IMG/VR virus record: IMGVR_UViG_3300031993_000008
Location: 1-64,000 of that record
Source of the DNA: a virus
Taxonomy: Duplodnaviria > Caudoviricetes
Length of the DNA stretch: 64,000 nt
Strand: one strand, 5' to 3'
Positions 1 to 9,190 of this stretch are shown piece after piece. The position numbers and the translations under genes were made by a program. How positions within the stretch are numbered: the stretch's first letter is position 1; each line of letters opens with the position of its first letter. The notes below the pieces were generated by a model. The model was not told the origin of the DNA. It made no database searches and saw only the letters and a list, made by a program, of their open reading frames with translations.

Positions 1-252
1 AGCAGCAGAATGAGCATGATATATAACAAATATTTCCTTTATCTGTTCTCTTGTATCTTCATGTCCCTTTACAACACAATACAGTTCACTGTCTTCAAGT
101 TCAGCTTTCACTTCTATACCATCACCATTTCCCCATTCAGGGTCTGCCATTTCTCCAGATAGGCAATTTTCAATTGCCTTATAGAAATCTTTAATCAATT
201 TAGTATCTTTATTACTTGAGAATTCCTTAAAGGTTTTAACACTATTATCCAT
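1..252 (-). CDS. Late protein with capsid-targeting-like N-terminus (runs off window start)
   Basis: ATG at 252 reads MDNSVKTFKEFSSNK...; open to position 1; CATAAATA motif at 281-288. Confidence 0.6.
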   Translation of the reverse strand, partial: MDNSVKTFKEFSSNKDTKLIKDFYKAIENCLSGEMADPEWGNGDGIEVKAELEDSELYCVVKGHEDTREQIKEIFVIYHAHSAA

Positions 253-280
253 ATTCTTTAATATTATTTCTTATATAAAT

Positions 281-288
281 TATTTATG
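281..288 (-). promoter_or_regulatory. T4-type late promoter variant CATAAATA
   Basis: Same 8-mer recurs upstream of the structural genes; T4 late consensus is TATAAATA. Confidence 0.7.
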
Positions 289-312
289 AAAAAGTGAGGA
301 TTAATCCTCACT
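289..312 (-). terminator. Intrinsic terminator abutting late promoter
   Basis: agtgagga-ttaa-tcctcact hairpin followed by T-tract on minus strand. Confidence 0.7.
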
Positions 313-885
313 CTTCTGTTTCTTATTTTCATTGACAAACTTTGAAAATTTCTTTATTTTTCCTTCCTCATATGGATAATTATCAAATGGGAAATCATCT
401 TCCTCATATGTATGTTTTGGTTCATATCCTTCTACTGTAACCTCCAATAATTCATCTTGAATGAATTTGGCACCATCTTCATCAATAAAACTTTCAGCTG
501 GAATCCTAAATGTTAACTCATCCTCATCAAATTCTGCAATATAATCCTCATCTAAATCAACAAGGATATTTCTGAAATTAGGGTCTATACAGTTTCCATC
601 TTTGTCTACAACCTCTTCAATAACCCTCATAGGAATTATACCTGTTAGTTGTTTCAATTGATCAACAAAATTATCCCATATATGTCTATACCTCTCATCA
701 ATTTCACCATTCCATACTGGATCATTATTTGTGTTGATGGCAAGATGGTATTTTGCTTTTGGTCTTTTATTTGCTTCAAGTAAAAAATCAAAGAACTGCC
801 TCAACAATTCTTTATTTTCATCAGATATTTCAGGAAGTTCAGTTTTCTCATTGACAAACTCCTTGAATGATTTTACAATTCCCAT
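301..885 (-). CDS. Acidic putative internal head protein
   Basis: Starts IVKSFKEFVNE and ends IKKFSKFVNE; CATAAATA at 909-916. Confidence 0.6.
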   Translation of the reverse strand: MGIVKSFKEFVNEKTELPEISDENKELLRQFFDFLLEANKRPKAKYHLAINTNNDPVWNGEIDERYRHIWDNFVDQLKQLTGIIPMRVIEEVVDKDGNCIDPNFRNILVDLDEDYIAEFDEDELTFRIPAESFIDEDGAKFIQDELLEVTVEGYEPKHTYEEDDFPFDNYPYEEGKIKKFSKFVNENKKQKSED

Positions 886-908
886 AATTCTACATTACAT
901 ATATAAGG

Positions 909-943
909 TATTTATGAAAAAAGTGGAGATTTTTGTCTCCACT
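909..943 (-). promoter_or_regulatory. Terminator hairpin plus CATAAATA late promoter
   Basis: agtggaga...tctccact hairpin, T-tract, then CATAAATA (909-916). Confidence 0.65.
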
Positions 944-948
944 CTTTC

Positions 949-1161
949 TCATCCGTAATATTCGTCATCACTGAGCTGTATCTCCTCATTACACTCCGGA
1001 CAATTGACATATTCATGGTGAATGAGACAGTCATCCTCCGCCTTATATACATCCTGCTTTGCGAAATTCAAAATCGTTCCGCAGCAGGGACATTTTATCA
1101 CATACTTGTAATAATCCTCAACATTGTCACAGCAGTGTCTTCCTGTCAGTTTGTTTATCAT
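949..1161 (-). CDS. Small Zn-ribbon protein
   Basis: CPCC...CPEC motifs. Confidence 0.6.
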   Translation of the reverse strand: MINKLTGRHCCDNVEDYYKYVIKCPCCGTILNFAKQDVYKAEDDCLIHHEYVNCPECNEEIQLSDDEYYG

Positions 1162-1170
1162 AATCCTTGG

Positions 1171-1431
1171 TTATTTCAAATCATTATCAAAATCCTCTAT
1201 AAGTTCATCAGGACAGCCAACATCATAATCATCATACCAATATTCTCCGACATGGTTCCTGAGCCATTCCTTTGCATCCTCAAGTGCCCTCCTGTATCCT
1301 TCCATATATGCCATCCTGCCCCTTTCATTGTTGTCTTCCATAAGGGTCTGGAGACCATCTGATGTGAAAGCGGTCCGGCAGATTGCATCCACAGGATATG
1401 CTTCAAGTGCCTTTTTTCTTATTTTGTCCAT
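1171..1431 (-). CDS. Hypothetical protein
   Basis: ORF packed in minus-strand gene run. Confidence 0.6.
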   Translation of the reverse strand: MDKIRKKALEAYPVDAICRTAFTSDGLQTLMEDNNERGRMAYMEGYRRALEDAKEWLRNHVGEYWYDDYDVGCPDELIEDFDNDLK

Positions 1432-1434
1432 AAC

Positions 1435-1680
1435 TCAACAAACATCCTTCTGAAATTCCTCCTTGTCCAGGTCCTCAACACTCAATGCATAGTCAATGCC
1501 ATACTTCACTCCGATAAAGTTTATGAAGTCCACAAGAACTCCATCAACCACTCCGGCTGCCGGTTGTTCAGACAGTCCTGTCAGATGTCTGTTCCTGCTG
1601 ATGCTTTCCGTAAGTTTCCTATACTCCTTTGCTCTCCTTGTGAGAGTCTCCAAAAATTCAATTCTTGTCATATCAAACAT
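1435..1680 (-). CDS. Hypothetical protein
   Basis: ORF packed in minus-strand gene run. Confidence 0.6.
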   Translation of the reverse strand: MFDMTRIEFLETLTRRAKEYRKLTESISRNRHLTGLSEQPAAGVVDGVLVDFINFIGVKYGIDYALSVEDLDKEEFQKDVC

Positions 1681-1888
1681 CCATTAATTCATAATTCACA
1701 AGTTTGTGAATAGGATTCAAATCATTATCATATTCCCAAAGGGTATATTCAGCGAACACGGTATGATTATCTGATATGTAATCTATAGTCAGAATATCAA
1801 ACACCCAATACTCTCCCTTATACAATGAGGGATGCTCAAGTATAGCCTTTACCAGGTCTTTCTTTAAATCTCCAAATGTCATACTCAA
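1673..1888 (-). CDS. Hypothetical protein
   Basis: ORF packed in minus-strand gene run. Confidence 0.5.
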   Translation of the reverse strand: MSMTFGDLKKDLVKAILEHPSLYKGEYWVFDILTIDYISDNHTVFAEYTLWEYDNDLNPIHKLVNYELMDV

Positions 1889-1978
1889 AACGGATCATCA
1901 ACACCATCACATCCGGCACCTATGAGTCCGAATGCGAACAGTACACACAATAAAATTTTCCACCACATATCTCTCTTT

Positions 1979-2365
1979 TTATTTGGTTATAAGTTTGTTT
2001 TCAAGTAACCACACCACCAGTTCATAGACAGCTGAAAACAGAGTTTCATATCCTTTGGGGTTTATGTCATAGGATCGAAATACATTGTCACCCTGTGATG
2101 CAAAGATGTTCCACCTTTTATCTATCCTCAGAGTTGGTTCACATCTTGTACAACATTTGATTAACCCAAGTAAACCATCTGTACTCCAACAGGGAAGATC
2201 TCCTACATCCATATATAATTCTTCACCATTGACAGTGGGTTCTTTATCATATCCCCACTCATTTGTCCAAATATTCATACCATAACAGTAGAACATATCA
2301 GCAGTGTTGGGATCTAATCCCAACTTAATGAGTTTCTTGCTCTGTTCAGGAGTTGTATATTTCAT
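1979..2365 (-). CDS. Hypothetical phage protein (TTPEQSKKL...TADM family)
   Basis: Likely start MKYTTPEQSKKL after AT-rich leader; motif resembles a family seen in Bacteroidales phages. Confidence 0.6.
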   Translation of the reverse strand: MKYTTPEQSKKLIKLGLDPNTADMFYCYGMNIWTNEWGYDKEPTVNGEELYMDVGDLPCWSTDGLLGLIKCCTRCEPTLRIDKRWNIFASQGDNVFRSYDINPKGYETLFSAVYELVVWLLENKLITK

Positions 2366-2431
2366 TTTATTAATATTTAAATATAAATAAAGGTCATTTT
2401 CTTCTGTCATATCCTATCAATTTTATAATGT

Positions 2432-2815
2432 CTATTTATCTCCAAAAATTCTATCATACAGGGGTGGAGAATATCTTTGTAATACATCTTTTTCAGTATC
2501 ATTTATATTCCAATCCACAATCAATCCCTCTGTTTTAACAATGAGACGGATCAATCTTATTCCGTCATCGTAGAACTTTTGTTGATATTGAGGCATATCA
2601 GAGTCCACAAATGGTTTAAACAGATGATTGATGCGCAACATTCCACCCTTCTCAACAACCTTCCTCAGGAGTTCCTTATACCTTTCTTCCGGATTATAGT
2701 TGTGAGGTTCAAGTCTTAACCCGTAAGTACATTCATGTGCCCACCCCAGAAAATTATGGATGACAGCCCAGAACACATCTTTTTCACCAAGTGAATAAAT
2801 ATCTATCTCTGTCAT
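2432..2815 (-). CDS. Hypothetical protein
   Basis: Likely start MTEIDIY directly after upstream stop. Confidence 0.6.
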   Translation of the reverse strand: MTEIDIYSLGEKDVFWAVIHNFLGWAHECTYGLRLEPHNYNPEERYKELLRKVVEKGGMLRINHLFKPFVDSDMPQYQQKFYDDGIRLIRLIVKTEGLIVDWNINDTEKDVLQRYSPPLYDRIFGDK

Positions 2816-2816
2816 A

Positions 2817-3029
2817 TTACAATACTTCTTTATGTTTCTTTTGGCAATCCGGACAGTAATGTTTGTCACCATCCTTTACCCAACCTTCCTCAAGTGCTTC
2901 CCGTTCTATCTGGTCACCATTCTTATCCAGGTAATCCTGATAGAAAATACCTTCACCACCTGTCTCATAATAATTGTTACATCCATCACACTTGATGGCA
3001 ATACCTTCAACTTTGATTTTCTTTTTCAT
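2817..3029 (-). CDS. Small Zn-finger protein
   Basis: CDGC...GW...HYCPDC. Confidence 0.65.
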   Translation of the reverse strand: MKKKIKVEGIAIKCDGCNNYYETGGEGIFYQDYLDKNGDQIEREALEEGWVKDGDKHYCPDCQKKHKEVL

Positions 3030-3035
3030 AATTTA

Positions 3036-3329
3036 TCAGTCCAACCAATCAAAATAATCATTGAGTAATTCATACAACTCATTAAGGCAAGGATGTTCTT
3101 TAATGGCATTTTGCACATCCTCATAGTCCCCATCACAAAACATACTGATGAAATCATCAGTGAAGAAATCCTCACCAAGTTCATCAACAGCCTTTTTAAC
3201 TGTCGGGTCAATCTTCTCTATCCAGTTTCCCCAATGCTTCTTGACTGAAAACTTTTCCATCCTGTTGATATAACCATTGTCATAAAGTATCTCATCCAGG
3301 AACTTTCTTGTTATTTCTCTTGTATCCAT
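3036..3329 (-). CDS. Hypothetical protein
   Basis: ORF in gene run. Confidence 0.6.
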   Translation of the reverse strand: MDTREITRKFLDEILYDNGYINRMEKFSVKKHWGNWIEKIDPTVKKAVDELGEDFFTDDFISMFCDGDYEDVQNAIKEHPCLNELYELLNDYFDWLD

Positions 3330-3334
3330 AGTTG

Positions 3335-3673
3335 TTAATACTTTTCTGCTAATTTCTTGAATATATCATAGATTTCAGGATATTCCTTCATCTTCTCTAC
3401 CATATATTCCGCATCATGTTTACCCTTGACTATAAAAAGACTTTTGCTGCCTGGTCTTTTATCATCAAGACTATGAGGAATTCCAAGTATTGTTACACCT
3501 TTATACTCAAATACACTAAAACCCTTTGGTACCAACATTGAATCAATTTCTTCTCCATCCAATTCTGCTGACCAAAAACTGCTTGTTACCCAAACACTTA
3601 AAGGATGTAAGTGATGTCCTGGTTCACCCCAGGTACCAAAATAACCAACAAAATTATCCGGTAATTCTTCCAT
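3335..3673 (-). CDS. Hypothetical protein
   Basis: ORF in gene run; YFGTWG..GH and DKRPGSKS motifs. Confidence 0.6.
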   Translation of the reverse strand: MEELPDNFVGYFGTWGEPGHHLHPLSVWVTSSFWSAELDGEEIDSMLVPKGFSVFEYKGVTILGIPHSLDDKRPGSKSLFIVKGKHDAEYMVEKMKEYPEIYDIFKKLAEKY

Positions 3674-3676
3674 ATT

Positions 3677-3850
3677 TTAAAATTGAATCTGTTGTTTACA
3701 ATGGGGACAGGTAACATATTGCCAATGGACTGTACCCCAACCGGTAAATTCATAGTCTCCCTTCAAGTCACTGTCATCATACTGTACATAACTCTTACAG
3801 TAATTACATTGCTTGATTTTTAAATCTTCCAAATTAACTACTTTTGCCAT
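3677..3850 (-). CDS. Small Zn-ribbon protein (57 aa, not in ORF track)
   Basis: Hand translation MAKVVNLEDLKIKQCNYCKSYVQYDDSDL...VTCPHCKQQIQF. Confidence 0.65.
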   Translation of the reverse strand: MAKVVNLEDLKIKQCNYCKSYVQYDDSDLKGDYEFTGWGTVHWQYVTCPHCKQQIQF

Positions 3851-4108
3851 AGTTATTATTAACCAATGATATGCTCTTTCCCATCAGGAGTTCTTACAAC
3901 CACACAATGAATGACACATCTGTTATCAACATAATAAGAAATTCTACCTCTTGGATATATTCTTCTGATATCTCTTTCATTCATATCTCAAAATGTTAAG
4001 TGTATTAATTAAACCTTATCATCTCCACTCCATTTTGCCAAAAGCCACAGTCCAAATCCCCAAATGAAACCTATGAACAAAATACCCAAAATAATAATTA
4101 TTGTATCC

Positions 4109-4136
4109 ATATGTCCAAATCAATTATCCCAACTTA
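4109..4136. repeat. 28-bp exact direct repeat, copy 1
   Basis: atatgtccaaatcaattatcccaactta, identical to 5884-5911. Confidence 0.85.
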
Positions 4137-4395
4137 CACCTTCCTCTATTGGTTTGCCACACTTGGGACACTTCCAATAGACTGTCATCTCACTTGAACA
4201 CTCACAGAAATATGGATCTTTGGTTATTATGATATCAGTACTTCCGAATGACTCAAGTTCATAATTGTCAAACTCTTCCTGTAGTTCTGCATGACAATGG
4301 GGGCATCTCATAATACCGTCAACTTCCTCCCATTCCAGTGCCTGTTCCTTTATCTCATCACTGACAGGATTCTCACTTTTTCTTATCATACTCAA
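4120..4395 (-). CDS. Small Zn-ribbon protein
   Basis: CPHC...CPKC. Confidence 0.6.
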   Translation of the reverse strand: MSMIRKSENPVSDEIKEQALEWEEVDGIMRCPHCHAELQEEFDNYELESFGSTDIIITKDPYFCECSSEMTVYWKCPKCGKPIEEGVSWDN

Positions 4396-4847
4396 TTCTC
4401 CTTTAGGGGTCCCACATCTCTCAAATATGTGAGTCTTGAACAGAACTCTGATGTTGTCAGTACTGTTTCACTTATCTTATTCTTACCCATAGAGTGAGTA
4501 AGACTGCATCCCTTACTTGCATCCAATGCTTTCCGGAATCCATCATTCTGGTAAAGGGCATTGTAAGCTCTGTTCAGGAGATTCTGGTACTCAACACTGT
4601 CTCTCTTGTATGTCTTACCATTCCAATAGAGTTCCTGTTTCTGCTGCCAGTTCTTATTTTTTCCCTTGAACTTTGCCGCCTTTCCAACCAGACTGCAAAC
4701 ATACTTTTGCATATCCTTGGACTCAAACTTCAATGACTGGAGGAATCCTTCCATTGAGTTACACTGTACCCCATCTATCACAAAGGGGTGGGGTGCAAAG
4801 TTGCTTAATGCTGATGAGGGATAGTTCCCTCCACTTCTTATATCCAT
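4392..4847 (-). CDS. NADAR-family protein, T4 gp30.3-like (putative ADP-ribosyl-guanine hydrolase)
   Basis: LSNFAPHPFVIDG...SMEGFLQSLK...LYWNG...YQNLLNRAY...LTHSMGK...TVLT..EF signature. Confidence 0.8.
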   Translation of the reverse strand: MDIRSGGNYPSSALSNFAPHPFVIDGVQCNSMEGFLQSLKFESKDMQKYVCSLVGKAAKFKGKNKNWQQKQELYWNGKTYKRDSVEYQNLLNRAYNALYQNDGFRKALDASKGCSLTHSMGKNKISETVLTTSEFCSRLTYLRDVGPLKEN

Positions 4848-5167
4848 ATTAGAACAATATTGTTACTCTCATCCACTCCCAAAAAGCATACCAAAAACTG
4901 CTGTACTGGGGAGACTCATCAAAACGGACACCATTCTTGTATATTCCTATCATCCAAAACGGTGACTTCGTACCGTCATTGTATCTGACTCTTTCTAACT
5001 TGTATTTCATAGTTAATACTTCATAAATGTCCTGTCCAATCCTTTGTAGATGTAGAGTTGATCCAAAACAAACTCCCTCCTCAATCTCTTGGTACGCTTT
5101 CCGAACCTCTCCTCTGGATAGGTCTTTTCAGCCTTCTTTCTCCACCTTTTCAGAAATGTTATATCCA

Positions 5168-5620
5168 TCACTCTGTACGTTTACTCTTTACTCTCATATG
5201 AAGACTTGAGAAGTCTCCATCCATAACCAGGGATCCGAACTTGAAAGCATCCGTCAGATCCTGGCCTACACTCAATCTATTGTAGTAATCCTTACTCACA
5301 GGAATCTCCACCTCAATGGCATTCATACTATTCTTGATATGCTCAAATGGGTCAAGGGTGAATGTTCCCTGCTTTATCTCAAACTTGACAATGTATTTTA
5401 CCTCACGGCCTGACTTGAGTGCATTCTTCTCAACATTCAGGTCACGGATTTGTGTCCTGAGACTTGACACCTCATCATTAAGATAATTCTTGGTTGATCT
5501 AAGACTCCTGCACTCCTTTTCAAGTCTCTCACATTCCTGGTTCAGGAACTGTCTGTCACTCTCTGTCCGGCAACCTGCAAATGTCAGGCACACCATCAAC
5601 ATTACTAAAAACTTTTTCAT
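5168..5620 (-). CDS. Putative lipoprotein with coiled coil
   Basis: MKK-hydrophobic-FAGC lipobox followed by heptad-like region. Confidence 0.65.
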   Translation of the reverse strand: MKKFLVMLMVCLTFAGCRTESDRQFLNQECERLEKECRSLRSTKNYLNDEVSSLRTQIRDLNVEKNALKSGREVKYIVKFEIKQGTFTLDPFEHIKNSMNAIEVEIPVSKDYYNRLSVGQDLTDAFKFGSLVMDGDFSSLHMRVKSKRTE

Positions 5621-5629
5621 AATTTCTTA

Positions 5630-5815
5630 TTAACTAAAGAGTTTGTTTAAAAAATCCGGGGCAAACAGTCTGCATATATTGTAAATTATACAAATCACAT
5701 TGAGTACCAGGAGAACCCAATCAGCAATTCTCCAACCCTTTCTTGTCTCAAAACTCAGGCAGTAACCCATCAGGAAAACTGCCAATACATTCAACATTAA
5801 AGCAAAAATAGTCAT
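5630..5815 (-). CDS. Small membrane protein
   Basis: Two hydrophobic segments. Confidence 0.5.
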   Translation of the reverse strand: MTIFALMLNVLAVFLMGYCLSFETRKGWRIADWVLLVLNVICIIYNICRLFAPDFLNKLFS

Positions 5816-5883
5816 AATATTAAAATTAAATTATACATTTTCTATAATCACTTGTCATAGATGTTACTCTCCATCTTTAAACT

Positions 5884-5911
5884 ATATGTCCAAATCAATT
5901 ATCCCAACTTA
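5884..5911. repeat. 28-bp exact direct repeat, copy 2
   Basis: Identical to 4109-4136. Confidence 0.85.
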
Positions 5912-5916
5912 TAGTT

Positions 5917-6126
5917 TTAATTGAAAAATAAATTATTACAAATACTCAAAAGTTTAAACGCATTGTAAAGGATTCCTACACTTGACAGGATAATAAATAT
6001 CACTGTCACAATCCTTTCAGACTTCTTCACCGTATAAGGATATATGGCAGAGAAGATTATTGCCGGGACTGTATATAACAGTACCAACAGAAGATAATGT
6101 AATGTTTCAGGAAATTGTAATGCCAT
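5917..6126 (-). CDS. Small membrane protein
   Basis: Two hydrophobic segments. Confidence 0.45.
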   Translation of the reverse strand: MALQFPETLHYLLLVLLYTVPAIIFSAIYPYTVKKSERIVTVIFIILSSVGILYNAFKLLSICNNLFFN

Positions 6127-6256
6127 AACTTTAACTTTTAATCATCCCACTGATCTGCCAATTCTCTCAATGACTTTGCGACTGCGCTGTTACCTACATA
6201 ATATTTGTGAGCAACCAACCAGTCCTTCAATTCTTGAATGTCTTTCTCGTTCATAA

Positions 6257-6454
6257 CTATTCATCATGTTTTCTTATCCAATCCAGGACCCATGTATAAG
6301 CTTTGGTCTCTCCTACATTCACACCTCTGTTGAATGAATGTTCATTATGATTCTTCAAGTCAAAACCAAGGTGTACCAGTTTTGCTACAATTTCTTTTGC
6401 CAATGGAGATTTCTCCTTGGATTGTTCAATTTTGATTATTTCATCTAAACTCAT
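6257..6454 (-). CDS. Hypothetical protein
   Basis: ORF in gene run. Confidence 0.55.
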   Translation of the reverse strand: MSLDEIIKIEQSKEKSPLAKEIVAKLVHLGFDLKNHNEHSFNRGVNVGETKAYTWVLDWIRKHDE

Positions 6455-6469
6455 ATTTTCAAATATTAC

Positions 6470-6865
6470 TTATATACAACCTCCACAACAACCTTGGGGT
6501 ACATTTTCATTGAATACCTCATCAATCTCTGCCGCAACATCCCAGAACTGTTTGGGAAGTTGTTCCATATCTATCACCCACTCACCATGTTCAATATCAA
6601 ATTCCCAGTCCTTGTTGTGAGTGACACATCCACCGCTACTCCAGAAACTTTCAAAGTTGGGGTTCATGTGATCCTCATCTGTCTGGACATATTTCTTTGT
6701 TTTGGCATCATAATGTCCATACCTATAGTCATGACCGAACTTGTACTGCTTACCGTCAATCTCAAGTGTCAAGACCCCACTGCACAGATTGGGATATTCA
6801 CCGGTATAACTGATGAACTTTACCCTTGATGTATTCACATCACCTGTCGGTTTGTTTATCAACAT
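6470..6865 (-). CDS. Hypothetical protein (YPNLCSG...GCCGGC family)
   Basis: Cys-rich C-terminus GCCGGCI. Confidence 0.65.
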   Translation of the reverse strand: MLINKPTGDVNTSRVKFISYTGEYPNLCSGVLTLEIDGKQYKFGHDYRYGHYDAKTKKYVQTDEDHMNPNFESFWSSGGCVTHNKDWEFDIEHGEWVIDMEQLPKQFWDVAAEIDEVFNENVPQGCCGGCI

Positions 6866-6868
6866 ATC

Positions 6869-7108
6869 TTAAATATTTTTACACTTATCTGCTTCAACAA
6901 TGGAATCATCCTCAATGAAGGTATAACTCACCACACCCTTACCATTCTCATCCTTCTTATAAGGATGTTCAATGATTCCGGAAACAGTGTTCACCTTCAA
7001 TAAGGACTTGAAGGGTTTGCCTGATTTCTTGCAGACCTTTGTCCCTTCCGGATAAATGATGTCTGGTGCAGTCTTCATCTTAACATTGAGTGTTATTATC
7101 CTGAGCAC
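6869..7108 (-). CDS. Hypothetical protein
   Basis: KKSGKPFKS motif; ORF in gene run. Confidence 0.55.
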   Translation of the reverse strand: MLRIITLNVKMKTAPDIIYPEGTKVCKKSGKPFKSLLKVNTVSGIIEHPYKKDENGKGVVSYTFIEDDSIVEADKCKNI

Positions 7109-7301
7109 ATATCATAATGGTACCAGACTTTTCATCCAATATTATGTCCTCATCTTTCATTTCAATCGGTTCCCTGGACACCAGATCTATTTCACCGCAA
7201 ACCACATTATATACCAATTCGGTATTCATTACATCATAATCACCCGCATTGTTGGTGTCCCGGATGTTTATGAGTTTCTCTATGAATTTATTCAGCTTCA
7301 T
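7080..7301 (-). CDS. Hypothetical protein
   Basis: First ORF after TATCTTTG promoter-like site. Confidence 0.55.
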   Translation of the reverse strand: MKLNKFIEKLINIRDTNNAGDYDVMNTELVYNVVCGEIDLVSREPIEMKDEDIILDEKSGTIMICAQDNNTQC

Positions 7302-7320
7302 ATTTCAAGCAATTTACAAT

Positions 7321-7330
7321 ACAAAGATAA
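7321..7330 (-). promoter_or_regulatory. Bacteroidota-type -7 promoter element (TAnnTTTG)
   Basis: TATCTTTG on minus strand upstream of ORF start at 7301, downstream of terminator at about 7352-7381. Confidence 0.5.
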
Positions 7331-7386
7331 TGAAAAGTTCTGAAATATCCAAAAAAAAAAAGAGTGAATTTCTTCACTCTTCTCAA

Positions 7387-8268
7387 TCAAATCTCCTCAC
7401 AGTGCTGATAAGTACGGTACAACACCGCATTATCCTCTTTCCTTATGTCTATTCCAGTCTTCCAGGGACAGATACTGTCAATACTTTTCTCTGGGACTCC
7501 GGCGTGATAAAGTATCATATACATCGGCCAACCTGGACCATAATCACAATACAGGTCATGGAATGAATACCTCCACTGGAAATCCTGACCATCTGTGGGA
7601 AGTGTCTTCCTGAGCCAGTCCATATCCTTTTCATCATCAGTGTCTCTGTAGTGCATCTGGTGCAGATAATATCCCTCAAAGAGTTCATGTGCCTTGGTCA
7701 CCATTTCCTTGGTTATACTTTCCTTTGCCCTGTCTGCCAACATTGTACCAAGAGCACAGGCCATAAATCCGCCGGCATGATCCTCATGCATAGCACCATT
7801 GTCCTGGATATGGTCTCCAAAGATGACCTCACACCACTTGTCTGCTGCCTTCTTGGCCGCCTCTTCATTGGTGTTTGCCTTTCCGTTCTTTTCAACCCAT
7901 GCCTCTTCAAGATTACAGTTGTACTTGGCCATTGACCATGCACTTCTGACATTGGATGACCTTTTCCATGCCTTGAATTCAGGAGACTCCTCATCCCATT
8001 TTCCATCATTTCTGGGAATTGCATCATAAGGTGCATCCTCAACATACTCCCAAAGGACATTATACCAATATTCATTGGCCGCTGTCAGGGTGGGTTTGTT
8101 CAGATACTCATTGATGATGTCATTGATGACATCATCTGACATTTCAGTCACCTGGTCTCCATTGGTGTTATCCCTGTCTTCCGCATAAATCTGACGGAAC
8201 TTGTTTATAACTCTCTCATTCAAAGATGTCTCATCCACCTCTTCTTTCTTTTTGAACAATTTAAACAT
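7387..8268 (-). CDS. Hypothetical protein
   Basis: 293 aa ORF; AADKW...QDNG...CDYGP...PWKT motifs. Confidence 0.7.
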   Translation of the reverse strand: MFKLFKKKEEVDETSLNERVINKFRQIYAEDRDNTNGDQVTEMSDDVINDIINEYLNKPTLTAANEYWYNVLWEYVEDAPYDAIPRNDGKWDEESPEFKAWKRSSNVRSAWSMAKYNCNLEEAWVEKNGKANTNEEAAKKAADKWCEVIFGDHIQDNGAMHEDHAGGFMACALGTMLADRAKESITKEMVTKAHELFEGYYLHQMHYRDTDDEKDMDWLRKTLPTDGQDFQWRYSFHDLYCDYGPGWPMYMILYHAGVPEKSIDSICPWKTGIDIRKEDNAVLYRTYQHCEEI

Positions 8269-8269
8269 A

Positions 8270-8611
8270 TTATTTCTTGTTATAGTAATTCAATATTCCA
8301 TCAAGTTGATCATGATATACTCCATGATCAGCCAACCAGTAACCATATGTGACAGCACCTGCAATATCATCCTCAAGTTCTGTGGGAAAGAAACATGTCA
8401 TAAGCTGTTTATCTGACATATAGAACTTCTGACCGAGATTGTTGTCACTCCTCACCTCATACTTTCCATCAGTGTGATGTTCAAACCAATATGACTCACC
8501 TCTTTTCATCCAGGATAAAAAGGGAGAGACACATCTGAAGAATTTTCCATGAAGATAATTGGTTATCTCATCCTCATTCCTAAATATTTTCTCTGTGGGA
8601 TACATATACAA
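8270..8611 (-). CDS. Hypothetical protein
   Basis: ORF after TATATTTG site at about 8613-8621. Confidence 0.55.
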   Translation of the reverse strand: MYMYPTEKIFRNEDEITNYLHGKFFRCVSPFLSWMKRGESYWFEHHTDGKYEVRSDNNLGQKFYMSDKQLMTCFFPTELEDDIAGAVTYGYWLADHGVYHDQLDGILNYYNKK

Positions 8612-8645
8612 TACAAATATAATTAAAAATTCTGATTATTCCAAA

Positions 8646-8837
8646 TCAATCATAAGATTCTGATGTATAAAAACCCTGACCACACTCACCACAATAAAGG
8701 AAATACTCCTTGTTTCCATCCGGAAGTGTAGCATATTCATCACCCTCATCTACATAGTTTATCTCTCCACAGGATGGACACCAGCAGGCCAACATATCAC
8801 TGGCACCATCATGCCATAATCTTGCTACCAAACTCAT
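8646..8837 (-). CDS. Small Zn-ribbon protein
   Basis: CPSC...CGEC. Confidence 0.6.
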   Translation of the reverse strand: MSLVARLWHDGASDMLACWCPSCGEINYVDEGDEYATLPDGNKEYFLYCGECGQGFYTSESYD

Positions 8838-8839
8838 AA

Positions 8840-9190
8840 TTACTCCAGATTATCATCAATATACCTATATCCCATAAATCCTTTCATAGGAACAGGGTTT
8901 TTCAAATAATGAAACTCACCAGACCTGGAAATATAACTTCCCTCATCCCATTTCTTTCCTGTTGTAGTACAGTCAAACCCATCTTTCTTACCAACACCGG
9001 TAATCTCCATCCACCCTATGATCTGACCGTTATAGCAGACATAACATCTGTCTCCAACTTCAACATCCTTCGGTACTGTGGGGAGTCTGTAGTTCATCTC
9101 CTGCTCTCCATCCAGGACAGCATCTAGTTCCTTCTCATACTCTTCCCATTTTATGGTCTTGGGAACAGTTATACAAATATTCCTACTCAT
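8840..9190 (-). CDS. ASCH/EVE/PUA-like protein
   Basis: VGDRCYV..GQIIG and C-terminal PVPMKGFMGYRY resemble ASCH/PUA-fold signatures. Confidence 0.5.
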   Translation of the reverse strand: MSRNICITVPKTIKWEEYEKELDAVLDGEQEMNYRLPTVPKDVEVGDRCYVCYNGQIIGWMEITGVGKKDGFDCTTTGKKWDEGSYISRSGEFHYLKNPVPMKGFMGYRYIDDNLE

